A DNA stretch of 64,000 nt from Octopus vulgaris (GCA_951406725.2 OX597814.1:20584001-20648000), one strand, 5' to 3'; positions 11,459-23,679 are shown, counted from the stretch's first letter. Program-made: numbers and translations. Notes: a model not told the origin generated them from the letters alone.

Positions 11459-11572
11459 CTTAATTCTTGTACTCGTATCAATTCCTTGTGGGCAAAATCG
11501 AAATCTCTTACTTCTTTACAAGAAGATTGACTATTTTCTTTTGAATCAGATGATTTCATAGGATACATAAAT
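11459..11572 (-). CDS. KIF14: KIF14 exon 16
   Basis: ttcag|A...AG|gtttga. Encodes FMYPMKSS...VRDFDFAHKELIRVQEL, similar to the KIF14 DFEFAKNEL motif. Confidence 0.9.
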
Positions 11573-12017
11573 CTGAAAAATATTTTTAGAAATTATTCAA
11601 TTGGTTTAATTGTTTAAAGTAAGTAAATAATGTGTAAAAGTTTTTTAACATGATTTTAAATGATTTATCAAAAAGTGCAGTTTCCCAGCTTGAAAAATCT
11701 TAAGTGGTTCCATCCCTTTTGTGACTAGTCCTCATTCCTTACACCTCATTAAACAGAAGACTAAGTTACACAATCACTACACATCACTAGAAAACTGCAT
11801 CTCTACTTATGAACAGTATAACCAAAATCTTCAAAACCACTACATTTGCTAACTCACAAACTCTAATTATCTTTCAAGGTAACACACACACACACACACA
11901 CACATATAACATTGCTAAATGTGTATTAGAGACTAGTTTTCCTCTAGACTCAATAAATAGACTAACTGATCTTTTTGCTGACCCTTTATAAAGCTCATGT
12001 TAACCCACATTTGCATA

Positions 12018-12235
12018 TGTGCAACCAAAAGAATACCCTCCATCAGGCATTTGCCATATTCTGAACGCCTTACTTCCCTGGGCATGGACACATTGAAACT
12101 CCGACGTCTGGCAGCTGACTTGGCAGACACCCATAAAATTATTAACCATCTTACAAACAATAACTCTGAGCACCTTTTCAAACTCCACCTGTCTAACACC
12201 CGTATACAATAATTTCATTATTATTATTATTATAT
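12018..12235 (+). mobile_element. CR1/L2-group LINE 3' fragment with internal deletion
   Basis: ATKRIPSIRHLPYSERL...SNTR joined directly to the (ATT)n tail. Confidence 0.85.
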
Positions 12236-13256
12236 TATATTGCTTATATCTATGGGACAATGATATTCAAAAGAATATCACCAACAGAGACTCAGTTACC
12301 AACAAGTTACAACAATGATTCATAAACAAGCCGTTACCTCTGCACATCTAACACTTCTGTATATAATAATGGCTCTTCTGAACTAGCACACAACAAAATC
12401 TCTTCATTCAAATACCTTCTTCTCACACAATACCCTTACACTGTTCTAAACACTTTACCATTTGCTTCTTTCACCTAATCAGCTGGAATCCATTTACCAT
12501 TAATTGCATCAATCTTATGGCTGTTGGGGAGAGAAGGGACCACAAAGCTTATGAACACTACTCTTCCTCTTCTGGCTATCTTCTAAAAATAAAATCCACT
12601 TAAATAAATCATGTACTAAGAAAAATTTTAATTGATTATATTCTTCCTCCTAAGAGTTGAAGCAAAAGTAGTACTAAAGATTGAAAGGTGTCTGGAATTA
12701 ATATAGCACTGAGAAAATTCTGATATATGTGAATCAAAGTCAGTCGTAAGAGCTTTGGGTGGAATGCTATTCAACTGACTATCATGAAGTCACTCACCAA
12801 CACAGCTGTCCAGAGGTGTATTGCTGCTCTCTCCCTAACATTTCTATCACTACTACAGTGAACTCTGCTTCTCTGACTGACCTCACACTCCCTTCACTCA
12901 GTTTAAATACTACTAAGTTCAATTTGCCTTCCCCCAAATTCAAGGCCTTGTGCCTTTTTAAGAACTCTTTATTAGTATTATTATTGTCATCATCAAATTC
13001 TATGTGGATCATATCAATGGTTTTATAGATCTAGTGGTATGTTTTAATTTGTTATGACTTTGCCAAACACTTTTACAGTTAATGAATTTAGGGGAAGACA
13101 AATTGACTGTAGCAGTATTTGGACTCCAGACATATAAAACTGAAAGAATAAATGCAAGGCATTTTGTCCAACGCTTTAATGGCGTTACTAAACCAATAAA
13201 ACAAAAAAGCGAACAAGGATATTATTTTAACAGTACAAAAACTAATGGTCACTTAC

Positions 13257-13294
13257 CGGAAATAGTGATTTCCTCCTAATATAACTCTGTCTCC
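13257..13294 (-). CDS. KIF14: KIF14 exon 15 (38 nt, FHA end)
   Basis: ctctag|...CG|gtaagt. Encodes GDRVILGGNHYF(R). Confidence 0.93.
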
Positions 13295-15033
13295 CTAGAG
13301 AAAAAAAAAACAATGATACAACATATTTTTGCTTTACAAAACAAAAATTAACTTAATTGTAATTTAACTTTACTTAGTTTCATTGTCCTTCATCAGAATA
13401 TCTTAAACCCTAGCAATAATTTCATATGGAGTACATATAGTATATAAAATTCATAACCTTACATATAAAACATCAATGTAATAACTAGAATGCAAGTTAC
13501 AGACTTCTAAAATCTATTTTTCAACATTTTTGTCTTTTTGCTTCATTTTATCACTGACTACTAGTATATGAATGCTGGGTGATTATTCAAAATTTGAAGG
13601 GCAGAAAAAAATTAAGAATAATTGTTTTACCAACATTAGAGTAATTATGACATTGTATTAATATCTGATCATCTTTCAATACAAATAGGGTACACCATGT
13701 TTCAATGAATCCTACCAAGAATAAAAAAAACTAGAGTACACTACTCTAATTTCAAGTCTCTTAATACTTTGATCATGCCTAGTATTCTTGTTTAGCTCTG
13801 ATTCAGCTGACCTATAATTAAAAGCATTCCAGCTGTGACCACACTAACTTTTTCTCTCCCCCTGCCAAAGTAAAGTGTACCCCAACCTCATTATTCAACG
13901 TCTCCCTCCTGTTTTTCTAAATACAACAATGTGTGATTTGAAGGAAATTTGGTTGCAATCTCTAGTGACCATGTAGCAGTTTCTTCATTGACTATTCAGG
14001 CCTAGTATACCCATAGCAACACTAAGTGTGCTTACAGAAACATAATAGAGTTCATACCATATACTGTAAGGGGAAAGGTACAATTAAATACTTTGGGACT
14101 AGGAGGGGAAGTGATTTTGAGGAAGAGTTCAGCCCAGGCCTTTTGCAGACCCTCTGAGACCAGTAGGATCAACTGGTTAATATTTGTTAAAGTACATTTC
14201 ATTGGTTTGTGAATAGTACAGAATGTAAAGATCCTCTACTTTGTCATCTGACCTGTAAGAGATATCAGCTAATTCTCCTTTTAAACACACCAAACTATTT
14301 TAAAACAGTAAAAGATGCACTAGATAATGCAATTCCTGATACCCTTAAAAAGACAGGATGATCAGATATGGTACACCTTTGTTCATTCTTCTGCTTGAGT
14401 GGAGTTGATTTGGGATTGAACAAAATCAACAACATTTGTACATATATATTTTATAAAGCTAACTGCAGTATTTTGGAATTATTTTCTTTTGAATAATTAT
14501 AGTTATAAAACTTTTCAAAAGGACACCAAACAATGGAAATAGATGGTTATTCTAATAAATTTACTCTTATCGTGTTTTGCCTTTATCACCATAGTATTTG
14601 ACTATTTTATTATGCATTATTTTCCTGTTTATTCAAAAGATATCTACATAAACATGATAGCTGGGTTATTAAGGTGCAAACTGATAGAACTGGTGTACTT
14701 GACTACTAAAAACGTTTTCAAATATCTAAATTTGAATAACCAACTCTTATTACCACAATGCAATGTCATTTAAATGGAAAAGACCTTTTTTCCTGCTTGT
14801 TTATGTACATTTTTCCTTAGAAATAAAGATAAGATATTTCTGTAAGTTAGAATTTTCTTGCATATGAGTAATATTCTATTAATTAGATGCTCTGATTCAT
14901 ATCACTTGAGTAGAAGTGTTATCTATTTTCCAACTAGGTAAACAAAAGCATACAAGTATGAACTCTTTACTTAATAACTTGTTTGAAAATAAAATAATGG
15001 AAAGAATTGTAACCAAGTAAAATCAATACTTAC

Positions 15034-15136
15034 ATGTTGAAGAATAGTTGGTTCCTTAATCAATACACCATTGATATAGCAAAGAGCATTAACAATTGGA
15101 GAGAGTGTCACTACACCATCTTTATTAATAAATACA
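15034..15136 (-). CDS. KIF14: KIF14 exon 14 (FHA)
   Basis: tatag|T...CAT|gtaagt. Encodes VFINKDGVVTLSPIVNALCYINGVLIKEPTILQH. Confidence 0.93.
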
Positions 15137-15524
15137 CTATAAACAAATAATCCATTAAAAATAATTGATATAATATCAAATTTCCAAGTATGTAAAATTA
15201 ATTAACTTAGCCTGCAAGCATTTTTCTGCCATAAATCTATTTCAAGAAATCACATCACTATCACACAAATACATAATTTTCACATATATTTCACTCTTAT
15301 TCTCTGCTGTTTTGACTAACTGGCTGCTAGTCATAAATCCAGTCATTTTTGTATACCAAGAACTTTTTGTAACATAAACACAAAGATGGGGAAATGAAAA
15401 GGATGGGACACACTGATTTTAATGTTTTGCAAGTTCAGTTTTGAGGTAGAAGAGGCAGAGAATATTGTTCTATAGAGTATTATTCTGGTTTAAGTTACTG
15501 AATATTATTTCAGTAAATTATAAC

Positions 15525-16050
15525 TGTGGTGTGATGGTGAAGGAGTGTGACGGATGGGGGAGAGCGGAAGTGGGGCTTGTAGGGCTTGCAGGGCGCATGC
15601 GCCGGCGGAAGCAGAAGTGACAGGTAGAACGCACGTGCGGCATCGACCAGTTGACTCAGACACGACGAAGGGACAAGACGAGCGAGTTGGCTAAAGGCGA
15701 TCCAAGTTCATCTCCGACTAGGGAAGACCCAATTACATTCCATTTCTTCCTTTTTTACGAAACCGAGTGATTATTTGCCGGTCCCAGTGATTATTCGCCG
15801 AAATAGCTTGTAGTATGAACGGTGAAAAGAGTACAACAGAAAAAGGAAGAAATGGAATGTGATTGGGTCTTACCTAGTCGGAGATGAACTTGGATCGCCT
15901 TTAGCCAACTCGCTCGTCTCGTCCCTTCGTCGTGTCTGAGTCAACTGGTCGATGCCGCACGTGCGTTCTGTCTGTCACTTCCGCTTCCGCCGGTGCATGC
16001 GCCCTGCAAGCCCCACTTCCGCTCTCCCCCATCCGTCACACTCCTTCACA
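15525..16050. mobile_element. Foldback element with ~220-bp TIRs and TGT...ACA ends (Ginger-like, non-autonomous)
   Basis: 15538-15755 is the reverse complement of 15841-16049. ATAAC direct repeat on both sides (15520-15524 and 16051-16055). Confidence 0.8.
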
Positions 16051-16519
16051 ATAACTGTAACAGTTTCAAAATCACAGCCTACTAATATGTAAAAGAAGTT
16101 AATATGTCCCTCTTAACAGAAATTATTCTATCTATTTACCAATTGTAATTCACAAGAAACTGGTAAATTTATTGTGAATTAGAATTGCTGGATTACTGAA
16201 TCTATCCCAATGTTGTATAAAGATGAACTTTTTAGTGAATCCACAGCTAGAATGAATTGAATATGAACTGTTGTGTATAAAGTGCATACAACACAGACTG
16301 GAAGCAATTAAATTAGCATGACTGTTGCAAGAATTAAATCTGTACAGATGTGGAACTGTCCTATTCACTCACACAAAGTAAAAAAAAAAAATTTTTTTAA
16401 TTCTACATCAGAAAGACAGATAAATATATTTATAATACAAGACCTTACAAAGTGAGGTTTCACAAAGGAAAGTATAGCAATAGTGTGCTCATTGGAACCT
16501 TGATCTTACTGAATTTCTA

Positions 16520-16716
16520 TCATCATTCATTTAGCGTCCGTTTTCCATGCTAGCATGGGTTGGACGGTTCAACTGGGGTCTGGGGAACCCGAAGGCTGCA
16601 CCAGGCCAGTCAGATCTGGCAGTGTTTCTACAGCTGGATGCCCTTCCTAACGCCAACCACTCCGAGAGTGTAGTGGGTGATTTTATGTGCCACTGACACA
16701 GGTGCCAGACGAGGCT
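16520..16716 (-). mobile_element. RTE tail copy
   Basis: Matches the family tail. Confidence 0.8.
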
Positions 16717-16838
16717 GATTAGCACAAAATTAATAAAGATAGAAGGGAAAAGTAAAAAAAGAAGAATGAAGGACGATGATGGATGATAAGGATGAAAAGG
16801 TAATTACTTCTTAGGTAACAAATAAGAGTGTTACAAAC

Positions 16839-17023
16839 CAGTGATTCTTTGAAATTAGGGCTCCTATTAACTGAATATCACAAACAGAATCGGAAGAACT
16901 GTGTCCAACATGGGTGTTTCCATCTTTGATCAAATACAGCAAGACTTCAGATATTTGGGGATCTTCACTTAAATTAACCAAATGTGGTAACGTTTTATCC
17001 ATTTTTATGATTATACCAGAATT
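16839..17023 (-). CDS. KIF14: KIF14 exon 13 (FHA domain start)
   Basis: ttcag|...TG|gtttgt. Encodes NSGIIIKMDKTLPHLVNLSEDPQISEVLLYLIKDGNTHVG...DIQLIGALISKNH(C). Confidence 0.95.
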
Positions 17024-17889
17024 CTGAAAGTAATTGAAAATATAGCCAATAATGCATAAAACTATCATATCTATAACAACAACCAATGGCTGGTGAAACA
17101 AATTATAGGATTATTCAAGGAGTGTTACATAGGAAAATAAGAAACTAATGAAATCACCAACTGCTGTATAGTCACAAGATCCTTTAAAATGTTATTTTTA
17201 TCCACTCCTCACAAACAAGCTCTGCCCCGTCCTTCAGTGATTTATAGAGGAGTCTTGGTTATTGCTGTCATTGCCACTACCATTACCATGATCATTTAAT
17301 GTCTATCATCCATACTGGTATGAGTTGGAAAGTTCAATAGGATCCAATGAGTCACATGATAGCACCATGCACCTGTGTCTTCTTTAGTAGGGTTCTTATG
17401 GTTGGATGCCCTTTCTAATATATGTTAAGTTGCTCACTTGACCTAGTTAATAACTGCCCTAGTTCCAGCTTTATGCGAATCACCACAAATCCCAAGTTAC
17501 TCAACACAATGAGAATAATACTGTTCACATATACAAGAACTGCTTCCCTGTGTCTCAGTTCAGATGAGATCTCCCTTGGTGAAAATCACTCCTGTATTAT
17601 AATGCCAAGAGGCAGCACTCCTGACAAGCCAAGTGCATAAAATTAAGCTTCTGAAGATGGGATCTAACCTCTAAAATTAGCTGCATTTGGCCATTGCCAA
17701 ATACTGACAGTCAACTCTATTGGCTGTCAGTACTCAGTGACAGTAGAGTTCTGAACCTGAAATAATCAACTATTTCTCTCTTGCTTACATAACCACTCAC
17801 TGGTTCAGATAATTAACAATGCTCCCAAACATTATCTGTTGCATCCCATATTAACTGAGACAAGATTAAACAAGCCCAACATCTTTTAA

Positions 17890-18440
17890 CCCTTTTGTTA
17901 CCAACCCGGCTGAAACTAGTTTTGAGAACAAATGTCTTTTTTTCATAAGTTTTGAATTAAAATCTTCCACCAAACCATAGTCACAATTTATGTTCCTGAC
18001 ACTAGCTGAATAATAACTCAGTTATTGTATTAAATTCATCATCATCATCATTTAACATCCGCTTTCCATGCTAGCATGGGTTGGACAATTTGACTGAGGA
18101 CTGGCGAACCAGATGGCTGCACCAGGCTCCAATCTGATCTGGCAGAGTTTCTACAGCTGGATGCCCTTCCTAACGCCAACCACTCTGAGAGTGTAGTGAG
18201 TGCTTTTATGTGCCACCGGCACGAGGGCCAGTCAGGCGGTACTTGCAACGGCCACACTCAAGTGGTGTTTTTTACGTGCTACCTGCACAGGAGCCAGTCC
18301 AGCAGCACTGGCAACGACCTTGCTCGAATGTTTTTTATATGCCACCGCTACAAGTGGCAGTAAAGTGAAAATTCTTTGTTATATTTAAACTAATTGAAAG
18401 AAACACAGAGCATCTCAAAATAAATACAGTAACGAAATGG
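17890..18440. mobile_element. piggyBac-like MITE interrupted by an RTE tail (18038-18360, minus)
   Basis: TTAA|CCCTTTTGTTAC ... GTAACGAAATGG|TTAA. Confidence 0.7.
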
Positions 18441-18901
18441 TTAATACAGTTCTTAGAAGAGAGATGCTTTTAGTACTACCTGGAGAAGCAAGTAAAGTTG
18501 CAGGCCTCTCAAACTAAACATTTTACATGCTCCAGCTGTAATTAAAGCTGTACAAGTGTGGGGTGTAGTCATCAAATGATATGTAAATAAAGGAAAATAT
18601 GGTTAATATTGGATTCAGTTAACAATCATAAGCAAAACCATAAATATCTCTTAACTCCTTTCTAGGCTTCCTAATTGATTATATGAGGAACATAGTAAAA
18701 GAGAAAAAAAAAAAATCAAAGAGAAAAATTGTACAACATATGAAAATTGCAATGAATACTTAAGACTACTTTCTTATCCTGCTCAACAACAATCTAGACA
18801 TGAAAATCTTAATTTAGCATTCGGAAACATAGTAAATGTAAACACTGCCAAATCTAAAAATAATCATTTAAATTAAAAGTATATATAACGAAAGTAAATA
18901 C

Positions 18902-18965
18902 CTGAAGTATATCAAGCTGTTTTTTCTTCATTTTCTCGGATTCAGTTAGCTTTATTTCCCAAGTT
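18902..18965 (-). CDS. KIF14: KIF14 exon 12
   Basis: tttag|A...CAG|gtattt. Encodes (R)TWEIKLTESEKMKKKQLDILQ. Confidence 0.88.
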
Positions 18966-19093
18966 CTAAAATGCACAATTCGTTTAATAATAAATAAAAA
19001 ATGAAGATCAACGGTATGCTATTAAAATAATTGTTAAAACAATGATACTGATAATTTAAAGTAAAGAAAGAAAATTTTAACAATTAAACAAAC

Positions 19094-19232
19094 CTTTTTA
19101 AATTTTGCAGCTCCTTTTCTTTACCACTTAATTCTGAACGCAAAGAAGTAATTTCTGCCAAACGTATTTCATGTTCAATATTTCTACCTTTTGAAGTGAG
19201 TCTTTTTAGCCTTTCAATCTCGTCTAAAAGCT
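19094..19232 (-). CDS. KIF14: KIF14 exon 11 (neck coiled coil)
   Basis: tacag|AG...AG|gtttgt. Encodes (E)LLDEIERLKRLTSKGRNIEHEIRLAEITSLRSELSGKEKELQNLK. Confidence 0.9.
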
Positions 19233-19655
19233 CTGTAAGAGATTACAAAATATCAAATTATATATGATGATTTGATGAGAAATATAAAAATAAGAATTTG
19301 AAGGAATGCCATCTTCATAAATGCAATTACTTTCATCAGTGATGAGTTGCCTTGAAACACACATAAAGCTGAGGTATTTTCAAAGAACATAGAATTTAAG
19401 AAACATTCACTGTATATTAATGTTGATATTGCATGTGCACAGAAAACAAAGTAATCGTCTTATATTAGTCTAAATATCACAAAATAGGCTTTGTTCTTCT
19501 TTACCGTTATGACAAATAAAAAAAAAAATACAGTTTTATGCAAATACTTACAATATGAATTATGAAATGACTGAAATTTAAAATTTAGGTATATGTTTTA
19601 AATCATGGATTGATTCTGAACAAGATTTGACATTCTTCAATGCATAAATAGGATT

Positions 19656-20240
19656 CATCATCATCATTTAACATCTGTTTTCCATGCTAGCATGGGTTGG
19701 ACGGTTTGATTGAAAACTGGTCAGCTGAGGAGCTGCACCAGGTTTCGATCTAATTTGGTAAGATTTCTATGGCTGATGCCCTTCCTAATGCTAACCACTC
19801 CAAGAGTGTAGTTGGTGTTTTTATGTGCTGCCAGCACAGGTGCCACTGATCTGATACTGACACTGGCCACAACTACAGTCTCACTTGGCTTGGCAGGTCT
19901 ACACAGCACAGTATATAGCCAAAGGTCTTGGACACCTGTCACTGCCTCCATGAGGCCCAACACTCAAATGCTGCTTTTTACATGCCAGGCAGTCGGCACT
20001 GGCATCAGCCATGACTACAATTTCACTTGGCTCGACAAGTTTTCACAAGCACAGTATATCGCCCTTTATGTGAAGATCACTAAATATATAAAAATGAAAG
20101 TCGATGGTACCTGTGGAAGAGGGAGACCCAGGAAGACATGGGATGAAGTGGTGAGGACCGATCTCAGGATGTTGGGGCTCACAGAGGAAATAACAATGGA
20201 CTGAGATATCTGGCAATAAGAGGTTCTAGAGAAGATCCAC
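19656..20240. mobile_element. RTE fragments in opposite orientations (tail on minus, RT C-terminus on plus)
   Basis: GTCGRGRPRKTWDEVV on the plus strand at about 20100. (CAT)n and tail at 19656. Confidence 0.75.
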
Positions 20241-20877
20241 CCACATCAGTGAACCTGAGTTCTAGAAGTGTTGTGTTCCACCCGCCCTACCCCAACAAAT
20301 CAAATTACATCTCTCCCAAACTATCTCTTCTTTTCCTCACATTTCCTCTTCATACACTACGATTATCTCCCACTCTTCAATCCTGTCCTCACTACCCTGC
20401 TCACAGTATTGTTGCTTTCCCCACCCCCTCTATATATCCAGGTTCTCAGCAGTTACAATATTCCCCTACCCCCACCTTGGCAATACCTTGATGGCACCTG
20501 CCACCATATATCTCTTTCTTCCTTACTCTACTATCCCATTTATGCTCTGATCCCTGTACATTGTGAGATTACCTTTCACTGCCATCTCTCTCTTGCTGTC
20601 TCCCACTCTCACTCTCTCTCCCACTCTGCAGGGTGGTTGGTATTAGAAAGGACATCCCACCATAAAAGCCATGCCAAAACAGACACAGGAGTCTGGTGTA
20701 GGCTCCTGCCTGGCCAGCTCTTGTCAAACCATCCAACCCATGCCAGTATGGAAGGACGACGTTAAACAAAGATGATGATGATAGATACCAAAATCAATAA
20801 CACTGGAATATAAATACTTTGAAATATAAAAATGAGAATTATTAAAAATAACTGCTAAAAAAACTAAATTCTCTAAC

Positions 20878-20951
20878 CTTGAATCTTTTTACTTTTCGTA
20901 TCTTCATTGATTCGGACACGATTCACAATACAGCTAGCTTGCTGAGCATAT
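20878..20951 (-). CDS. KIF14: KIF14 exon 10 (end of motor, neck)
   Basis: ccttaa|A TAT GCT...CAA G|gttaga. Encodes (R)YAQQASCIVNRVRINEDTKSKKIQ. The acceptor is non-canonical. Confidence 0.88.
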
Positions 20952-21860
20952 TTAAGGCACATTAAAGAATATAATATATAATAAAACAAGAAGAAAAAAA
21001 AACACTATCATTTAAAAAAAATCTCAATAAATTCAATTTTAAAAAATTCTTGCAGCTTCCACTCTTTGATAATTTGATTACATTGTTACAAATACCCCAA
21101 AGCTGTTATATTTACTTTTCATGTATTACTGTCTATCATGAAGTGTCAAAAATTCTTGATTAACTTCTGACAAAATTTCACTGCACTGGAATTGTGTCAG
21201 TGACCAGGTCGCAGGAGTGCAACAAAATTTCTTGCCTTGATCCATCACTTGACTTAACACCAGTGTCTAGTACCTTGAGTAACTTTGGTGGAGTTCACTT
21301 CCTTTGCAAGCATTCAAGCCAGGTCTCTAGATTGAGGATATCTCCCACCCTCCACCTCAAAGATCCTCATGGATGCTGTCTTCCCACCTGACAATAAGAT
21401 TTTTTTTTTTTAAATAGACATTACTATTAAGAAATAACTAAAAGTGAATGTAACAATTTTTGTGTCTTCATAAATAACTAAACGGACTCTTCCACAACAT
21501 AATCCCTTCAGATTCAGCAAACTATCTCACACACCAATGCATTTGCCAAGTGAGTACAACTCAAAAATATATGGTATATCTAAAATGAGACAATGAAATT
21601 TGCAAGGTAGGAGTAATAGTGTAAAGAAAATATAAAATGAGGATCTGAAAAAAAACAAAGTAGATTTTAAAATGATGAAATTAAAATTAAACCCTAAAAC
21701 ATTAACTGCAAGAAAAATAGAAATAATTACGAAAAAAATTAATTATACATAATAATTTAAAACCGGAAATTAAGGATGCTTTGATATTTTTGGTATTACT
21801 TCTCATGTAATGAATGAAATGATGATAAAATAAAAGAAAGTGATGGCAATAAAAGGATAT
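20952..21860 (-). other. U12-type (minor spliceosome) intron with AT-AA termini, KIF14 intron 9, 909 nt
   Basis: 5' end ATATCCTTTT matches the U12 donor consensus. Branch-like TTCTTTAAT at 20969-20961, about 10 nt from the 3' end. No GT-AG join preserves the TLRYA motif. Confidence 0.8.
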
Positions 21861-21959
21861 CTGAGAGTACTTAGAGTCTCTTCACAGTGAATATTAGCAG
21901 GGCTGATGGTAGCAAGCATTGCTGTTCGAGAATTCCCACCAAGACTTTCTTTTAACAAC
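21861..21959 (-). CDS. KIF14: KIF14 exon 9 (followed by U12-type donor)
   Basis: ccaaag|G TTG...CTC AG|atatcctttt. Encodes [32 protein letters not shown](R). Confidence 0.93.
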
Positions 21960-21999
21960 CTTTGGAAAGAAAATATGCTCAGTGACACTAAAATGATAT

Positions 22000-22099
22000 C
22001 TGACAGTATAATAAAAGTTCATCCTAATGAATACTTGCCGGGCTTATGGTAGCAAGCATTGTTGTATGAGAATTCCCACCCAAATTTTCTTTTAATAGT
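22000..22099 (-). pseudogene. Tandem duplicate of KIF14 exon 9 (pseudo-exon or poison exon)
   Basis: Reads [24 protein letters not shown]. It is 100 nt versus 99 nt for exon 9, offset by 140 nt, and followed by ATATCATTTT. Confidence 0.9.
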
Positions 22100-22625
22100 C
22101 TCTGGGAATAATTATATGGAATTCATTAGTGATAAAGACATTTTGACTTATTTTAAAAATTTTAACATCAATAGGAAAAGGAATTACAAAGCTCATGACT
22201 GTATGGGATTCTGGTAAAGGAGAAGGGGTCAGTGAAATTATTTTTAATAATATATGTCTTCGTTTTTGCCAAAAATGATTTAAAATTGAGAAAGTTGGTC
22301 TTGCTATGAAAACAAATTTGAAATTATTATAAAGAAATGAAATTGTTAAAACTATGAGTATCTATATGAAAATAATTACAAAAGAAAAGCACAATAGATG
22401 GTCTTTTTTCTTTAATGAAATGACTGACCTGACAAACATTTTTAAAGGTATTTTTAATTATCTTCATGAAAAAATTAAAGTTGAAAGAAAAAAAGAAGTG
22501 AAAATGACTACCAAAAATTAAATTACAAATATTTGAATTTTTCTAACACATAAAAATCTAAAATTTCTCTTATATACCATTTAAATCTGAAGATTAATGC
22601 TTTTTTCTATAGTAATTAATTAGCT

Positions 22626-23679
22626 TGTAGTGTATATTTGAGTGAAATTCCTCTCCTCTCTATTATATATACATACAAACGTAGTAGATAACAGCTAGCC
22701 TTCGGCCGCATTTTGGACACTGTTGTGTCCACTACTCTGATTGGTTGGTATTGGCTCAATTTGTCTCTTGCTCTATCGCACGCTAATATGCAACCCAACC
22801 AATCGCAGCCTTCAAATAAGGTCACGTGTGATAGCCTGTTTTTCTACCTCAGCTGAGCCTACAACTCCTTATAAAAAACCTAACTTTTCCTTGTCTCGAG
22901 GTCATTCAGTTCCAGACCTTTTAAGGACTGGCCACTGACCACACAAGACACTGCCAATTCCAGTGACAACACAACAGCAGCCACATGGAGACTCCTCAAC
23001 TTCGTCCAACAGCATTCAGCGACCTCCATCTCTGCCGCCACCATTTGTCCTAAAGTTAACATCTCTCTATGTACACAACTCACCCAGGTTACAACACTGC
23101 ACTGTTCATGAACTACTTCACCATGGATCAACAATGAATATACAACCTGCGAGAACTCCTGTACCAAGTGACCCAGTCAGCAGCATCACAGCCACAACTT
23201 CACATACGACATATACCGCAACCGACTCTGCACTATCGCCACAACTTCTTGATACAGTATTTCAACTACTGTGTACAATTGACTACGAACTGGTGTTTAC
23301 CATTCTTGCATCTATGAACTTACTCCTCACTTCGATGGCTATAGACTCTTTCACTGTTTCTTCTTCATCGCCATCCTTGTATATTCTTAACATGCATACA
23401 TCTATGCCTACATACACACGCATACATCTTGTTCTTATGATGGCCTGTCTATTATTCTGTATATACGACACACACACAATCACACATGTTAACATATCAA
23501 TAAATCTTCTCTTAAACATTCTACCCGGTTGTGTCTCTTATTTCCCTCTGGCACATATATGCGTTGTTCTATTTATATTTATTGTATTGACTGTGTGATG
23601 TACTAAGGAGCCATTCTCATCACCTTGCTTCGCACGGATGTCACAAATCGGCGACCCATTCCAGCTCCTTGAAACTACA
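22626..23679 (+). mobile_element. Probable solo LTR (~1.05 kb)
   Basis: TGTAGT...ACTACA inverted termini, CCAAT boxes, TATAAAA at about 22870, AATAAA at about 23499, CpG-richer than the flanks. No TSD visible. Confidence 0.55.

Noticed and set aside
22963-23598. 211-aa ORF
   Set aside because: Non-ATG start, low-complexity S/T/P composition, lies inside the LTR-like element, and has no recognisable domain.
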